NCBI GenBank assembly: GCA_951406725.2
Contig: OX597832.1
Location: forward strand, 41,664,001-41,728,000
Direction of reading: 5' to 3'
DNA from: Octopus vulgaris
Taxonomy: Eukaryota
DNA: 64,000 bases
Part shown: positions 27,281-39,041 of the stretch, one piece after another
How positions within the stretch are numbered: the stretch's first letter is position 1
Layout of the letters: each line of letters starts with the position of its first letter
The notes under the pieces: generated by a model
Database searches by the model: none
Told to the model about the DNA's origin: nothing
The model's input: the letters and a program-made list of their open reading frames with translations, nothing else
Program-made: the position numbers and the translations under genes

Positions 27281-28166
27281 TGTCAGTTAGAGATAAATAT
27301 ATAAATATACGATAAATAAGACCCCAAAGTATGATATGTCGATGCATATAACGCTGTAATTCAGCATGGAAAATTACATTAATGTGCCAAACTTTAAAAT
27401 TTTGATCCAAATATATATATGTCCACGAAACAGTAACCACCCTCCACTCAGATTGCAGTTGACCAAAGGCCAACTTGACCTTGCAGAAGGGTATGCAACA
27501 AGAGATAGAAGTCTCCTATGAATTTTACATCCTGATAGCTAATCCCCAACTCAATGACATACTGACGTGTATGTGTGTGTGTGTGTGAGAGAGAGAGACA
27601 GAGAGAGAGAAAGTTTGTATGCCTATATATGTGTTTAAGTCTAAGCATGTAGACTCCTACCCTTAATCTTAATGTAGTCTTTATTTGACAGGTTTTAATC
27701 TTTTTTTATGATTTTATGATTTTAATTTATGGCGTGCATGTGTGGGCGTTTGTGTGTGTGTAGGTGTGTGTGTCTACATTTGTGTGAGTGAGTGTTCATG
27801 TCCCACGGAGTGCACGCCCCCTCCTCATTAATCTAGATATAATCTTTCTTTGACAGGTTCTCCTCTCTATATTTTATGATTGTATGAGTTAACGTTTATG
27901 TTACGTATTCACAAACAACTGTGGCTATGTCCATTAGCTCAATGTAACCAAAATACAGTGAGCATGAACAACATGCCTGGTAGAACTCAGTATATCTAGA
28001 GAAACATCCCCTTCTTTATGCGTGTACCTGATGCGACACAAACTGCACAGACTGGTGCAACACAATTAGATGCACAATATTCTCCTCATAACAGACAGTT
28101 TCAGGATGGCCCAAAATAGTCATCATACTGAATAAAGACTAGTGCGATATCTATCGTCTGTTTCCT

Positions 28167-28395
28167 GGCGAGCTGGCAGAAACGTTAGCACGCCGGGTGA
28201 AATGCGTAGCCGTATTTCGTCTGTCGTTACATTCTGAGTTCAAATTCTGCCGAGGTCGACTTTGCCTTTCATTCTTTCGGGGTCGATAAATGAAGTACCA
28301 GCTACGCACTGGGGGTCGATATAATCGACTTAATCCCTTTGTCTGTCCTTGTTTGTCCCCTCTGTGTTTAGCCCCTTGTGGGTAGTAAAGAAATA
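28167..28395 (+). mobile_element. SINE-B monomer (tRNA-like head, conserved central domain)
   Basis: ggcgagctggcagaaacgttagc (A-box-like), gagttcaaattc (B box), ggtcgactttgcctttcat.ctttcggggtcgataaa..agtaccag; ends gtaaagaaata. Confidence 0.9.
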
Positions 28396-28757
28396 ATTAT
28401 TATCTCAGCCAACACTGCGAAATTCCTGATGTAGATCCAGGGGAAATATACCCCAACTGTGGATGACCCCAGGTAGCCATTTTCTATGGCCAGATGCCCT
28501 TCCTCTCACCAACCCTCGCATTTCCAAGCAAGGTAATATTTCCTTATTGCCAGATATTTTCTCCCAAATTATGGGGAATGAATGATGCTGTATGTATGAC
28601 CGTAACACTCATTTATAACTATCACAAAATGTCAAAGCAAGGACAAAGAGAGAGAGAGAGACAGACAGAGAGAGACAGACAGACAGAGAGAGACAGACAG
28701 ACAGAGAGAGACAGACAGACAGAGAGAGACAGACAGACAGAGAGAGAGAGAGAGAGA

Positions 28758-29605
28758 GTAGTGAGCCTCACAGCCTTCGGCCTAGTCTGTACGGTGTTGA
28801 AATATATTCATCAGGCACATATTGGCATCTGTCTAATGCATATTTTCCTTGCAATAAGAATTGTTAAAAAGTATTTAAATATTGCATAACGTAAGTTTAG
28901 AAATTTATGTAGAATATCCAAATACAGAAAGTAATATAGACGATAATAGAGAAATGTATTGTGCAAAAATTATAAGAAATTTACAAAACTTCAGTATATA
29001 CAATATTCTAACCTTTTTTCTTTGGAGCACATACGAAGAGTTTCTGTGGATGTCCTACGCTGGAACAACCTACATACAATTGACCATGTGAGAAACAGCC
29101 CACTGCTAGATGGAGGCCGACAACCTGCAGTGTTTGACCTTGTGACTTGTTAATGGCCAATGCGTAACTGACTCCCACTGAGAATTGCAATCATTTGAAA
29201 TAAAAGGGGACACCTGTTGGTATTAGTGGCATGATGTCAGATGGTCGAGAAATGAATTATTATTATTATTGATATTTTCACTATTTGTTTATGTAATCCA
29301 TAAGGCGGCGAGCTGGCAGAGACGTTAGCACGCCGGACAAAATGCTCAGCGGTATTTCGTCTGCCGCTACGTTCTGAGTTCAAATTCCGCCGAGGTCGAC
29401 TTTGCCTTTCATCCTTTCGGGGTCGATAAATAAAGTGCCAGTTACGCACTGGGGTCGATGTAATCGACTTAATCCGTTTGTCTGTCCTTGTTTGTCCCCT
29501 CTGTGTTTAGCCCCTTGTGGGTAGTAAAGAATTAGGTATTAGTGGCATTCTAGGTAGTGAGGATTTTTGCTTCAATAATGTGAGGCTGTAGTTCAGTTTC
29601 AACCA
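28758..29605 (-). pseudogene. Helitron PIF1-like helicase C-terminus and 3' end, interrupted by a SINE-B insertion
   Basis: LQPHIIEAKILT..PRMPLIP (29535-29595); then QFSVGVSYALAINKSQGQTLQVVGLHLAVGCFSHGQLYVGCSSVG...NIVYTEVL (helicase motifs V/VI); possible decayed 3' hairpin ending ctac at 28758. Confidence 0.85.
29233..29534 (+). mobile_element. SINE-B monomer with ~70-bp extra 5' leader inside a 14-bp TSD
   Basis: TSD ggtattagtggcat 29219-29232 / 29535-29548; SINE proper starts at 29304. Confidence 0.9.
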
Positions 29606-29615
29606 TTTGTACACT

Positions 29616-30205
29616 TATTTCTTTACTACTCACAAGGGGCTAAACACAGAGAAGACAAACAAGGACAGACAAACGGATTAAGTCGATTATATCGACCCCA
29701 GTGCATAACTGGTACTTATTTAATCGACCCCGAAAGGCTGAAAGGCAAAGTTGACCTTGGCGGAATTTGAACTCAGAACGTAGTGGCAGATGAAATACCT
29801 ATTTCTTTACTACCCATAAGGGGTTAAACACAGAGAAGACAAACAAATGGATTAAGTCGATTATATTGACCCCAAGTTGTAACTGGTACTTGTTTAATCG
29901 ACCCCGAAAGGATGAAAGGTAAAGTCGACCCCGGCGGAATTTGAACTCAGAACATAACGGCAGGCGAAATACCTATTTCTTTACTACCCACAAGGGGCTT
30001 AAACACAGAGGGGACAAACAAGGACAGACACACGGATTAAGTCGATTACATCGACCCCAGTGCATAACTGGTACTTAATTTATCGACCCCAAAAGGACGA
30101 AAGACAAAGTCGACCTTGGCGGAATTTGAACTCAGAACATTGTGGCAGATGAAATACCACTAAGCATTTCGTCCAGCGTGCTAACGTTTCTGCCAGCTCG
30201 CTGCC
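29616..30205 (-). mobile_element. SINE-B trimer
   Basis: Three head-to-tail units, junctions aaatacc|tatttc at ~29800 and ~29973. Confidence 0.9.
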
Positions 30206-30851
30206 TTATGGATTACATAAACTAATAGTGAAAATATTGATAATAATAATATTCATTTCTCGACCATCTGACATCATTGAGAAATGGGGTTAAGGTAGTG
30301 TGTCCCTTTGTCCCATAGTCATAATGCTCCTTCCCCTGCCACTCATCCACCACTCTACCATCCCCACCACCATACATCCCCCACCATGCACCCCACTTTT
30401 AAAACAGGATGTCTGAACTCATTCAAACTGTCATCAAATCACCCAATTTTCTCATATTTAATGTGAACTTCAAAAGTGAAACACTTTATACATGTGTGTG
30501 TGTGTGTGTGTGAGAGAGTGCATGTGTGTGTACATATATATATATGCACGTGTGTGTGTGCGTGTGTGCATGTATGTACATGCATGTATGTGTGTACATG
30601 CATTTGTGTGTGTATGCATATGTTTGTACTTATATGTATACACACGTGTGTGTGTGTACATATAAGTATATGTACATGCATCTATGTGGGTACATGCATT
30701 TGTGTGTGTGTGTGTGTGTGTGAGCCTATGTGTGCGTGCATGCGCATATATGTGTGCATGTGTGTGAGAGTATTGAATGACACATACACTCAGTACCTCT
30801 GTACTCTAATGTCACACACTTAAATATCAGACACTATCACAGCTGAAATAT

Positions 30852-31020
30852 AACCTTTTAGCATTTAAGCTGGCCCATATCTGGCCCAAATATTCAACCT
30901 GTTTTATGTTCAAAGCAGCCAGATCTAGCCTTTCACACTTAGACTACAATGTCATTCTAAAAATATTCAATTAACTCATTAACATCTTGAAACCAGGAGA
31001 TAAGTCATGATTAATTAATT
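30852..31020. mobile_element. Partial piggyBac-like MITE (same family as 54877-55095, opposite orientation)
   Basis: taaccttttagcatttaagctggcc.atatctggcccaaatatt...ttatgttcaaa matches the reverse complement of 55000-55098. Confidence 0.65.
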
Positions 31021-31249
31021 AGGCATAGGAGTGGCTGTGTGGTAAGTAGCTTGTTTACCAACCACGTGGTTCCAGGTTCAGTCCCACTGCGTGGCACCTT
31101 GGGCAAGTGTCTTCTACTATAGCCTTGGGCCGACTAAAGCCTTGTGAGTGGATTTGGTAGACAGAAACTGAAAGAAGGCTGGAGGGTATATCAGCTGAAA
31201 CGTGTTAAGAACAAGATGAGGACAAATATCCGTCGAATGTAAATAATGT
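31021..31249 (+). mobile_element. Chimera: SINE-A head fused to a PLE-like fragment
   Basis: SINE-A to ...aactgaaagaag, then gctggagggtatatcagctgaaacgtg (stem, GAAA, acgt palindrome)...atgtaaataatgt. Confidence 0.7.
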
Positions 31250-31441
31250 AAATATTCAACCTGTTTTATGTTCAAAGCAGCCAGATCTAGCCTTTCACAC
31301 TTAAACTACAAGGTCATTCTATCATTCTATCAAGATGTCAATCATATTATCGACATCTTGAAACCAGGAGATAAGTCATAGCAACGTGTGTGCATATACA
31401 TGCATTTCTGTTGACTGCATGTGCATTTATGTGACTGTATA

Positions 31442-31672
31442 TATTTCTTTACTACCCACAAGGGGCCAAACACAGAGGGGACAAACAAGGACAGACAAAG
31501 GGTTTAAGTCGATTATATCGACCCCAGTGGGTAACTGGTACTTAATTTATTGACCCCGAAAGGATGAAAGGCAAAGTGGACCTCGGCGGAATTTGAACTC
31601 AGAACGTAACGGCAGACGAAATACCGCTAAGCATTTCGCCCAGCGTGCTAACGGTTCTGCCAGCTCGCCGCC
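31442..31672 (-). mobile_element. SINE-B monomer with TSD
   Basis: TSD tatgtgactgtata 31428-31441 / 31676-31689. Confidence 0.92.
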
Positions 31673-32146
31673 TTATATGTGACTGTATAAGTGTATGTGT
31701 AAGCATGTGATAGTGCTTGTGTGTGCACGTGACAGCATGTTAATGAGCATCTTTGTGAATGTGTGTGTGTGCGTGGGGGGGGGGGTATGTCTGTGTATGT
31801 GTGTGTGATTGTGTAAATGATTGTATAATGGCTGCATGAAGATATGTATGTTTATATGAGTGCGTATATATTCGTGGTGATTGATTGAAGTGCAAGTATG
31901 TGCATATATGTGCATGAGTATGTGTTAGATTGAGTCTGAGTGCATATGTGCATGTATGTGAATGCATATGCATGCGTTTCAGGGACAAATGTCATTCATT
32001 ATATATATATATATATATAAAGAGAACAGAAAATAGATCTTGGCCTATTCTCACTTTGGACAGCAGGTGGAAGGGCTTAACCATCATCTACTAGTAAATA
32101 AATAAAATTGCATTTAACCGATTAGCACTTTATCATGATTAATACT

Positions 32147-32240
32147 AAAGTGTCTTGCTCAAGAACACAACACACAGCCCGGTCCGGGATTCGAACTCAC
32201 AACCTCACAATTGTAAGCTCAACACTCTAACCACTGGACC
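32147..32240 (-). mobile_element. SINE-E 5' fragment
   Basis: ccagtggttagagtgttgagcttac...gagttcgaatcccggaccgggctg..gttcttgagcaag matches 56150-56225. Confidence 0.8.
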
Positions 32241-32299
32241 ATATATATATATATATATATATATTGGTATATATGCACAAATATATATAATGGCCTATA

Positions 32300-32345
<46 letters not shown>

Positions 32346-32348
<3 letters not shown>

Positions 32349-32696
32349 TGGCCGATGCCAGCGTCGCCTCGACTGGCTTCCATGCCAGTGGCACATAAAA
32401 AGCACCATCTGAATCGTGGCCGATGCCAGTGCCGCCTCGATTGGCTTCCATGCCGGTGGCACGTAAAATGCACCAATCCGACTGTGGCCGTTGCCAGCCT
32501 CGCCTGGCACCTGTGCAGGTGGCACGTAAAAAGCACCCACTACACTCATGGAGTGGTTGGTGTTAGGAAGGGCATCCAGCTGTAGAAACACTGCCAGATC
32601 AGACTGGATGGAGCCTGGTGCAGCCTTCTGGCTTCCCAGATCCCCGGTCGAACCGTCCAACCCATGCTAGCATGGAAAGCGGACGTTAAACGAAAC
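32346..32696 (+). mobile_element. RTE LINE 3'UTR (family C)
   Basis: Three repeats of tgcc.gtggcac.taaaa.gcacc plus conserved end. Confidence 0.85.
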
Positions 32697-33159
32697 GATA
32701 TATATATAGGCACATACATAAACTAACACACACACATGTATATGTATACAAAGGCCATGCACCTATGTGTGTGTCTGTGTGTGTGTGTGTGTGTGCATGC
32801 ATGCGTGATGCAATGTGATAGTTACGTATGCCTGAGTATCTCTAGAAGTAATAGTTGGTGGCTACTGTAATGAGGAGACCGAAAAAGAAACAGAAAGTGT
32901 AAACAGGATGTTAGAAAAAAGCTGTAAGGAGATATTGATCAAATAAATAAATAAGCAGGCAACCGACACCACCATCCCATATACCTGGCCACGGACAGAT
33001 ATTCGTACAAAGAATGCACTCAGACACAGATATACTTATCCATATACACACACACAGGCTTTCACCTACATGTACATGTGTATGCGTATAGAAAGACACA
33101 GACGCAATTATGGATTGAAGCTGAAGACTGTGCAGATACTAAGGCAACCAATGACATAT

Positions 33160-33178
33160 GTACAGACACACACACACA

Positions 33179-33228
<50 letters not shown>

Positions 33229-33509
33229 TAGACACATACACACACACACACACACACATAGACACACACACACGCGTGCACACACACATAGACACACACA
33301 CACACATAGACACACACACACACATAGACACACACACACATACACGCACACACACAGACACACACACATGCACACATAGACACACACACACATAGACACA
33401 CACACACACACACGCAGACATAGACACACACACACACGCACACACACATAGACACACACACACAAACGCACACACACACATAGACACACACACATGCACA
33501 CACATACAT

Positions 33510-33547
<38 letters not shown>

Positions 33548-33555
33548 ACACACCA
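33160..33555. repeat. Compound (CA)n microsatellite punctuated by catagac
   Basis: Direct inspection. Confidence 0.9.
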
Positions 33556-33879
33556 CTCACACATGGATACACACGCAAATAGAACATTGCCTGTGAGCTT
33601 GTAAAAGACAAACTGTGGACAAGAACTTTTACTCCAGACTAGTCATTGAACTAGTTGGCAGAGGCACCACTCCCTATGAGACCAAAAGCAAGAACTAGGC
33701 TTTAATGGTGGATCACTCTTTCCTACATTTGCAAATGTTTGACACACAATAAACGACGGGTCAACAAATCACCATTAGTTTTTTTTATTTTATGTATGAC
33801 TTAGCAAAAGCTTATAAATGGTGGCCTCCAAAGAAAAAGATCAAAGAAATATGAAATCATGGCAAACAAAAATGCAAAC

Positions 33880-34115
33880 AACTTCAGAGATTTGTGAGGT
33901 GTAAATGTGGAGGCCTTCGAACAGCACCTGGACAAATTTCAATCTGAAATTTCTCAAATGAACCCACATTGAGACAGGAGGCCCAAAGAAGAGTAATTCC
34001 ATCCAACTCCCTATCCCAGCAAAAACAGTACAGAAAGCTAACCCAAACACACTGGATGACAGTACCCCAACATGGCCCCAGCCTTTGGTTGAAACCAGTA
34101 TAAGATATAAGATAT
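33880..34115 (+). mobile_element. Degenerate CR1/L2-like LINE 3' end
   Basis: VNVEAFEQHLDKFQSEI / EPTLRQEAQRRVIPSNSLSQQ (F...LD.FL...DEP...NSL pattern), then tail ccccaacatggccccagcctttggttgaaaccagta(taagata)n. Confidence 0.6.
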
Positions 34116-34127
34116 ACATACATATGT

Positions 34128-34520
34128 AGAAGTGGCTGTGTGGTAAGTAACTTTGCTTACAAACCACATGGTTCAGTCCCACTGCGTGGCACCTTGGGCA
34201 AGTGTCTTCTACTATAGCCTCGGGCCGACCAAAGCCTTGTGAGAGGATTTGGTAGACAGAAACTGAAAGAAGCCCGTCGTATATATGTATATATATATAT
34301 ATGTGTGTGTGTTTGTGTGTCTGTGTTTGTCCCCCCAACATTGCTTGACAACCAATGCTGGTGTGTTTACATCCCCGTAACTTAGTGGTTCGGCAAAAGA
34401 GACTGATAGAATAAGTACTAGGCTTACAAAGAATAAGTCCTGGGGTTGATTTGCTCGACTAAAGGCGGTGCTCCAGCATGGCCACAGTCAAATGACTGAA
34501 ACAAGTAAAAGAGTAAAAGA
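34128..34520 (+). mobile_element. SINE-A, near full length
   Basis: Family sequence. Confidence 0.9.
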
Positions 34521-34537
34521 GACATACATACACACAC

Positions 34538-34600
<63 letters not shown>

Positions 34601-34615
34601 GGTGTGTATATATAT

Positions 34616-34658
<43 letters not shown>

Positions 34659-34831
34659 TAGTAGAGTTAGAGGTTGGAATAACCATCTAAGGGATAAAAG
34701 TATCCATTATACTACCAGTATAATTACCTATGTTAACCCTGGACATACATATGCAAGCATATTATGCTCATAGATTACAGGTAATGACAAATGATAAACA
34801 TGAGTTTATCAGGTATCAAATTTGAAGTAAA

Positions 34832-35715
34832 CAGAAAATGGAGAAATATTGATCAACAGCAATTGACTTACATCAATTATTATTTTTTAATTCAATACAA
34901 ATAGACTGCATCCCGTCTAACAGCTGTTTCTGCTTCCAATGTTATATGGTATTACCATTGATTTGGTAATAAAACCGATCTGGAAGATAGAGCTTCATCA
35001 GAGTGAAGGAAAATACATACATAAAAGAAAAGAAGAGCCTAGAGAGGAAAAGGAAAGACCGAATATGTTTAAATCATACTATTTTGCTTATGTGTCTCTT
35101 TGGGACATTGAATAAATGACTAAACTTAAAATAGCAAATGGTGGGTTAATTTTTTCTATGGGAATAATCTATCTACTATCCGCTCAGTCAAAGTCGACTC
35201 TCGGTCACTCGTTGGATCAGTATCCTCCAGTTAGTTCTATCCTGGGTCACTTCTTTCAGATTGGCTATGTCCATTCCTGTATCACTCTTGATGGTGTCAA
35301 GCCAGCGGGTTCTTGGTCGGCCTCTTCCTCTCTTGCCACTGACCATTCCGAGCACGATGTCCTTCTCCAGGGATTTTCTCCGCATAATATGACCAAAATA
35401 TGCCAATCTATGGGGGTAATAGGGTATTAGAAAAAAGTAAAAATAAAAAAATTAACAATAACGGGATATGCCAATTGGTTTAGTCAAAGAGGGAGTGAAG
35501 GTGCCATAAAGTTTTGAAGTAATCATAATAGTTTTTAATAATTGTTTAAAGTACTGGTAGTTTTTATCATAATAAAGTGCCCAACAATTAATTTAGATTA
35601 TTTGCTTATTAATATGTGGTAAAGTCCAATATGGATTGCAGTCTATTTGTATTGAATTAAAAGATAATAATTGATGTAAGTCAATTGTTGTTGATCAATA
35701 TTTCTCCATTTTCTG
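34832..35715. mobile_element. Older Penelope-like fold-back with ~82-bp inverted arms
   Basis: Arms 34832-34913 / 35633-35715; decayed hammerhead on minus strand: CTGATGA (35001-34995)...GAAAcagctgTT. Confidence 0.6.
35165..35406 (-). mobile_element. RTE (BovB-like) LINE 3' fragment nested in the fold-back
   Basis: YFGHIMRRKSLEKDIVLGMVSGKRGRGRPRTRWLDTIKSD...TQDRTNWRILIQRVTESRL. Confidence 0.92.
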
Positions 35716-35717
35716 CT

Positions 35718-35748
<31 letters not shown>

Positions 35749-36383
35749 ATAGTATAGGTTTTGGGTGAAGATGTCTGGTTCCCAACCAAATGGTTTCACG
35801 TTCTGTCTTGTACCAATATATTCATGCAATCTGTTACAAATATTATCTCTAGGTTAGCTTCAGTTAATAATGTCACTGCAACACAAGAAATCTTGAAGCA
35901 TATAAGTTCCTTCACTGGCTGTTAGAAGTTGCTAAAAATATTTGAGATTTTCGCTGATGTTTTAATTTAGCTGTGCATGTGATGTGTGCAAGCACACTTA
36001 TTTTGCAATCAGTGCACAAATAGTTTCCTAAAAATAACTAGAATACTTGTGATCATAGGTTTACCTAATCAGGTCTGCCTTAGAGCTGAACAACAACAGC
36101 AGCAGCAACAATAACAATAACGACAACATCACACATCACTCAGCAATCCTCGGTTGAGACAGGCCTCACAACTCTTTCCACATGTTCACAATCCTGCATT
36201 AAGACACCAAGGTCTAACAACTTCAGATCCTGAATCTCTCGTTACTTTCCCACCAGCTTGACCAGGGTTTCCAAAATATGGTGCTGCTTCATATTTTTCT
36301 CTAAAACAGTGCCTGTCAAACGGAACTCCACTGTTTATGAGACAGGAGATGAATCCGGAAAAATTTGTTTTAATATTGGAAGT

Positions 36384-36733
36384 AGAAATATTACATTTCT
36401 AAATATCTCAGAGAGATATAAGCAGTAGTGGTACGATAAGGTAGTTGTATACTGTCAACTTAATGTGACAGTCCCATGAATGGAATCACACCACTGCTAT
36501 TTAACCCTAGGAAGCATCAATGCCTCCTGTCGGCCTTGACACATTGCCTGTGTCCTTATGTTTACAAGGGGAGACAAGCACCCCCACCCAGCTAAGCCTG
36601 CATCCAGAGACTAGTTTCTGAGTCTTACACGTCATCAGTCTGGACACAGAAAATGTGTCAAGGCCGACAGTAAGTGCTGATGCTTCCTAGGGTTAAATAG
36701 CAGTGGTGTGATTCCCTTCATGGGACTGTCACA
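36384..36733. mobile_element. Penelope-like fold-back insertion with 14-bp TSD
   Basis: 96-bp imperfect arms 36460-36555 / 36642-36737; direct repeat ttaatattggaagt at 36370-36383 and 36734-36747. Confidence 0.7.
36603..36644 (-). ncRNA. Minimal type I hammerhead motif, stem II decayed
   Basis: tccaga CTGATGA cgtgtaagactca GAAA ctag TC tctgga; stem III palindrome actagt; GUC triplet. Confidence 0.7.
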
Positions 36734-36773
36734 TTAATATTGGAAGTGTTTTTCATGAAAGATTTTGTAGACT

Positions 36774-36941
36774 CAGGCATGACAACGTGGTTAAGATTCT
36801 TGCTTTGCAATCACATTGTTTTGGATACAGTTCTACTGCATGGTACCTTACTATAGCCCCAGGCCTACTGATGCCTTGTGAATGAATCTGGTAGACAGAG
36901 GCTATATGGAAACCTATTGTATACATACATACAAGTGTGTA

Positions 36942-36972
<31 letters not shown>

Positions 36973-37205
36973 TAGACAGACAGACAGACAGAGTCTTTGT
37001 GTCTGTGTTTCTGTCCCTGCACTACTTAAGAACCAGTGTTGGTATGTTTACATTACATTAGCAGGTCGGCAAAAGACACTGATAGAATACATACCAAACT
37101 TTAAAAACAAATTAAATACAAAGGTTGACTTGTTTACCTAGAACCCTTTCTAGATGGTGCTCCAGCAAGGCTGAAATCCAATGATTGAAACAAGTAAAAG
37201 ACAAA
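36774..37205 (+). mobile_element. Old diverged SINE-A
   Basis: Recognisable head, gtagacagag, microsatellite, ggtgctccagca...tgaaacaagtaaaaga tail. Confidence 0.7.
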
Positions 37206-37477
37206 AGGAGATACCGTATATAATGTAGTCATACATTTTCAGCCACACTGGTCTTCATGTATTGGACGTGCAGTCTGGATTTTGTTCATGTTATACTTGT
37301 ACTGATTCTATCTCATGGCTATGATAATGGTGAGTCACTAATGTCTATTTCTGTCGTGGAAGTCTTTTATTGTACGATGATTGTAAGTAGGTAAAGCAAT
37401 GTGGAGAAGCATCTTTAGTACATACACGCAAATTTACATACACTACTAATTTATATACATACATATACACACATACA

Positions 37478-37517
<40 letters not shown>

Positions 37518-37881
37518 GACATATAATTAGAAAATGGAGAAAACCATGGATTAACCCACACATCAATTGGACCACATTTATAGCTTATCTATTAATACAA
37601 AGCTTGACATCACAAATCCTACAGCCGTTTCTAATCAGATTGCCAGAATGCAGTCTATACATAAATGCAAGAATGAAATTCTTCATCTTCATAGAGCATT
37701 CAAATTAAGGCACTTTCCATTGCATTGTTGCCTTTATTGAAATCATAAAGCAAAATATGCCGAATATGCTCCTTTGCCACTTCCATAATAGACTTGAAAA
37801 AATAACTGTTAAAATCAAACTGAACCCTTCAAAATTACTGCCTGCTTTTATATCAAGTTGATGCAGGTAGTTTATCCTGTC

Positions 37882-38158
37882 TCCGCCGCCTTGACTGGCT
37901 TCCGTGCCGGTGGCACGTAAAATGCACCAATCCGATCGTGGCCGTTGCCAGCCTCGCCTGGCACATGTGCAGGTGGCACGTAAAAATCACCCACTACACT
38001 CACGAAGTGGTTGGCGTTAGGAAGGGCATCCAGCTGTAGAAACATTGCCAGATCAGACTGGAGCCTGGTGCAGCCTTCTGGCTTCCCAGATCCCCGGTTG
38101 AACCGTCCAACCCATGCTTGCATGGAAAACGGACATTGAACGATGATGATGATGATGA
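37882..38158 (+). mobile_element. RTE LINE 3' end (family C)
   Basis: Conserved 3'UTR plus (GAT)n. Confidence 0.85.
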
Positions 38159-38483
38159 ATTGAAAACAACCACATTATTTATGGGCTGACCCAATACATA
38201 CATACATATATATACACACACACACATACATACATACATATATACATACATATATATGTGTGCACATATATATACATATATATGTAAAAATAAGTTTGTG
38301 TGTGCTATGTGCGTATATTCATATAGATATATATATTTGTGTGCATGTGCATGTATTTGCGATTATGTATATATAAACACACAGTAATAAATAGTATATT
38401 TCTATTGTAATTTATTTTGTTTTTAAACACCCATTTTTTTCATACTGTGCATGTGTATCTATATAAATATATATATAGAGAGA

Positions 38484-38522
<39 letters not shown>

Positions 38523-38641
38523 TTAACCCATAAAGTGCTGGGACTTGCACTTGCATAGCACGGACTACTGAGCACATTTTATGAAAATGAGTCTACCATG
38601 TACACATAAAAAACAAAAAAAGTTAAAATATCTTCTTAGTA

Positions 38642-38812
38642 GGCGCAGGAGTGGCTGTGTGGTAAGTAGCTTGCTAACCAGCCACATGCTTCTGGGTTCA
38701 GTCCCACTGCGTGGCATCTTGGGCAAGTGTCTTCTGCTATATCCCCGGGCCGACCAATGCCTTGTGAGTGGATTTGGTAGATGGAAACTGAAAGAAGCCT
38801 GTCGTATATATG

Positions 38813-38843
<31 letters not shown>

Positions 38844-39041
38844 TTGTCCCCCTAGCATTGCTTGACAACCGATGCTGGTGTGTTTACATCCCCGTCAATT
38901 AGCGGTTCGGCAAAAGAGACCTATAGAATAAGTACTGGGCTTACAAAAAGAATAAGTCCCGGGGTTGATTTGCTCGACTAAAGGCGGTGCTCCAGCATGG
39001 CCGCAGTCAACTGACTGAAACAAGTAAAAGAGAGTAAAGAG
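38642..39041 (+). mobile_element. SINE-A, full length, flanked by a ~118-bp direct duplication
   Basis: Flanks 38524-38641 and 39042-39162 are near-identical. Confidence 0.92.
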
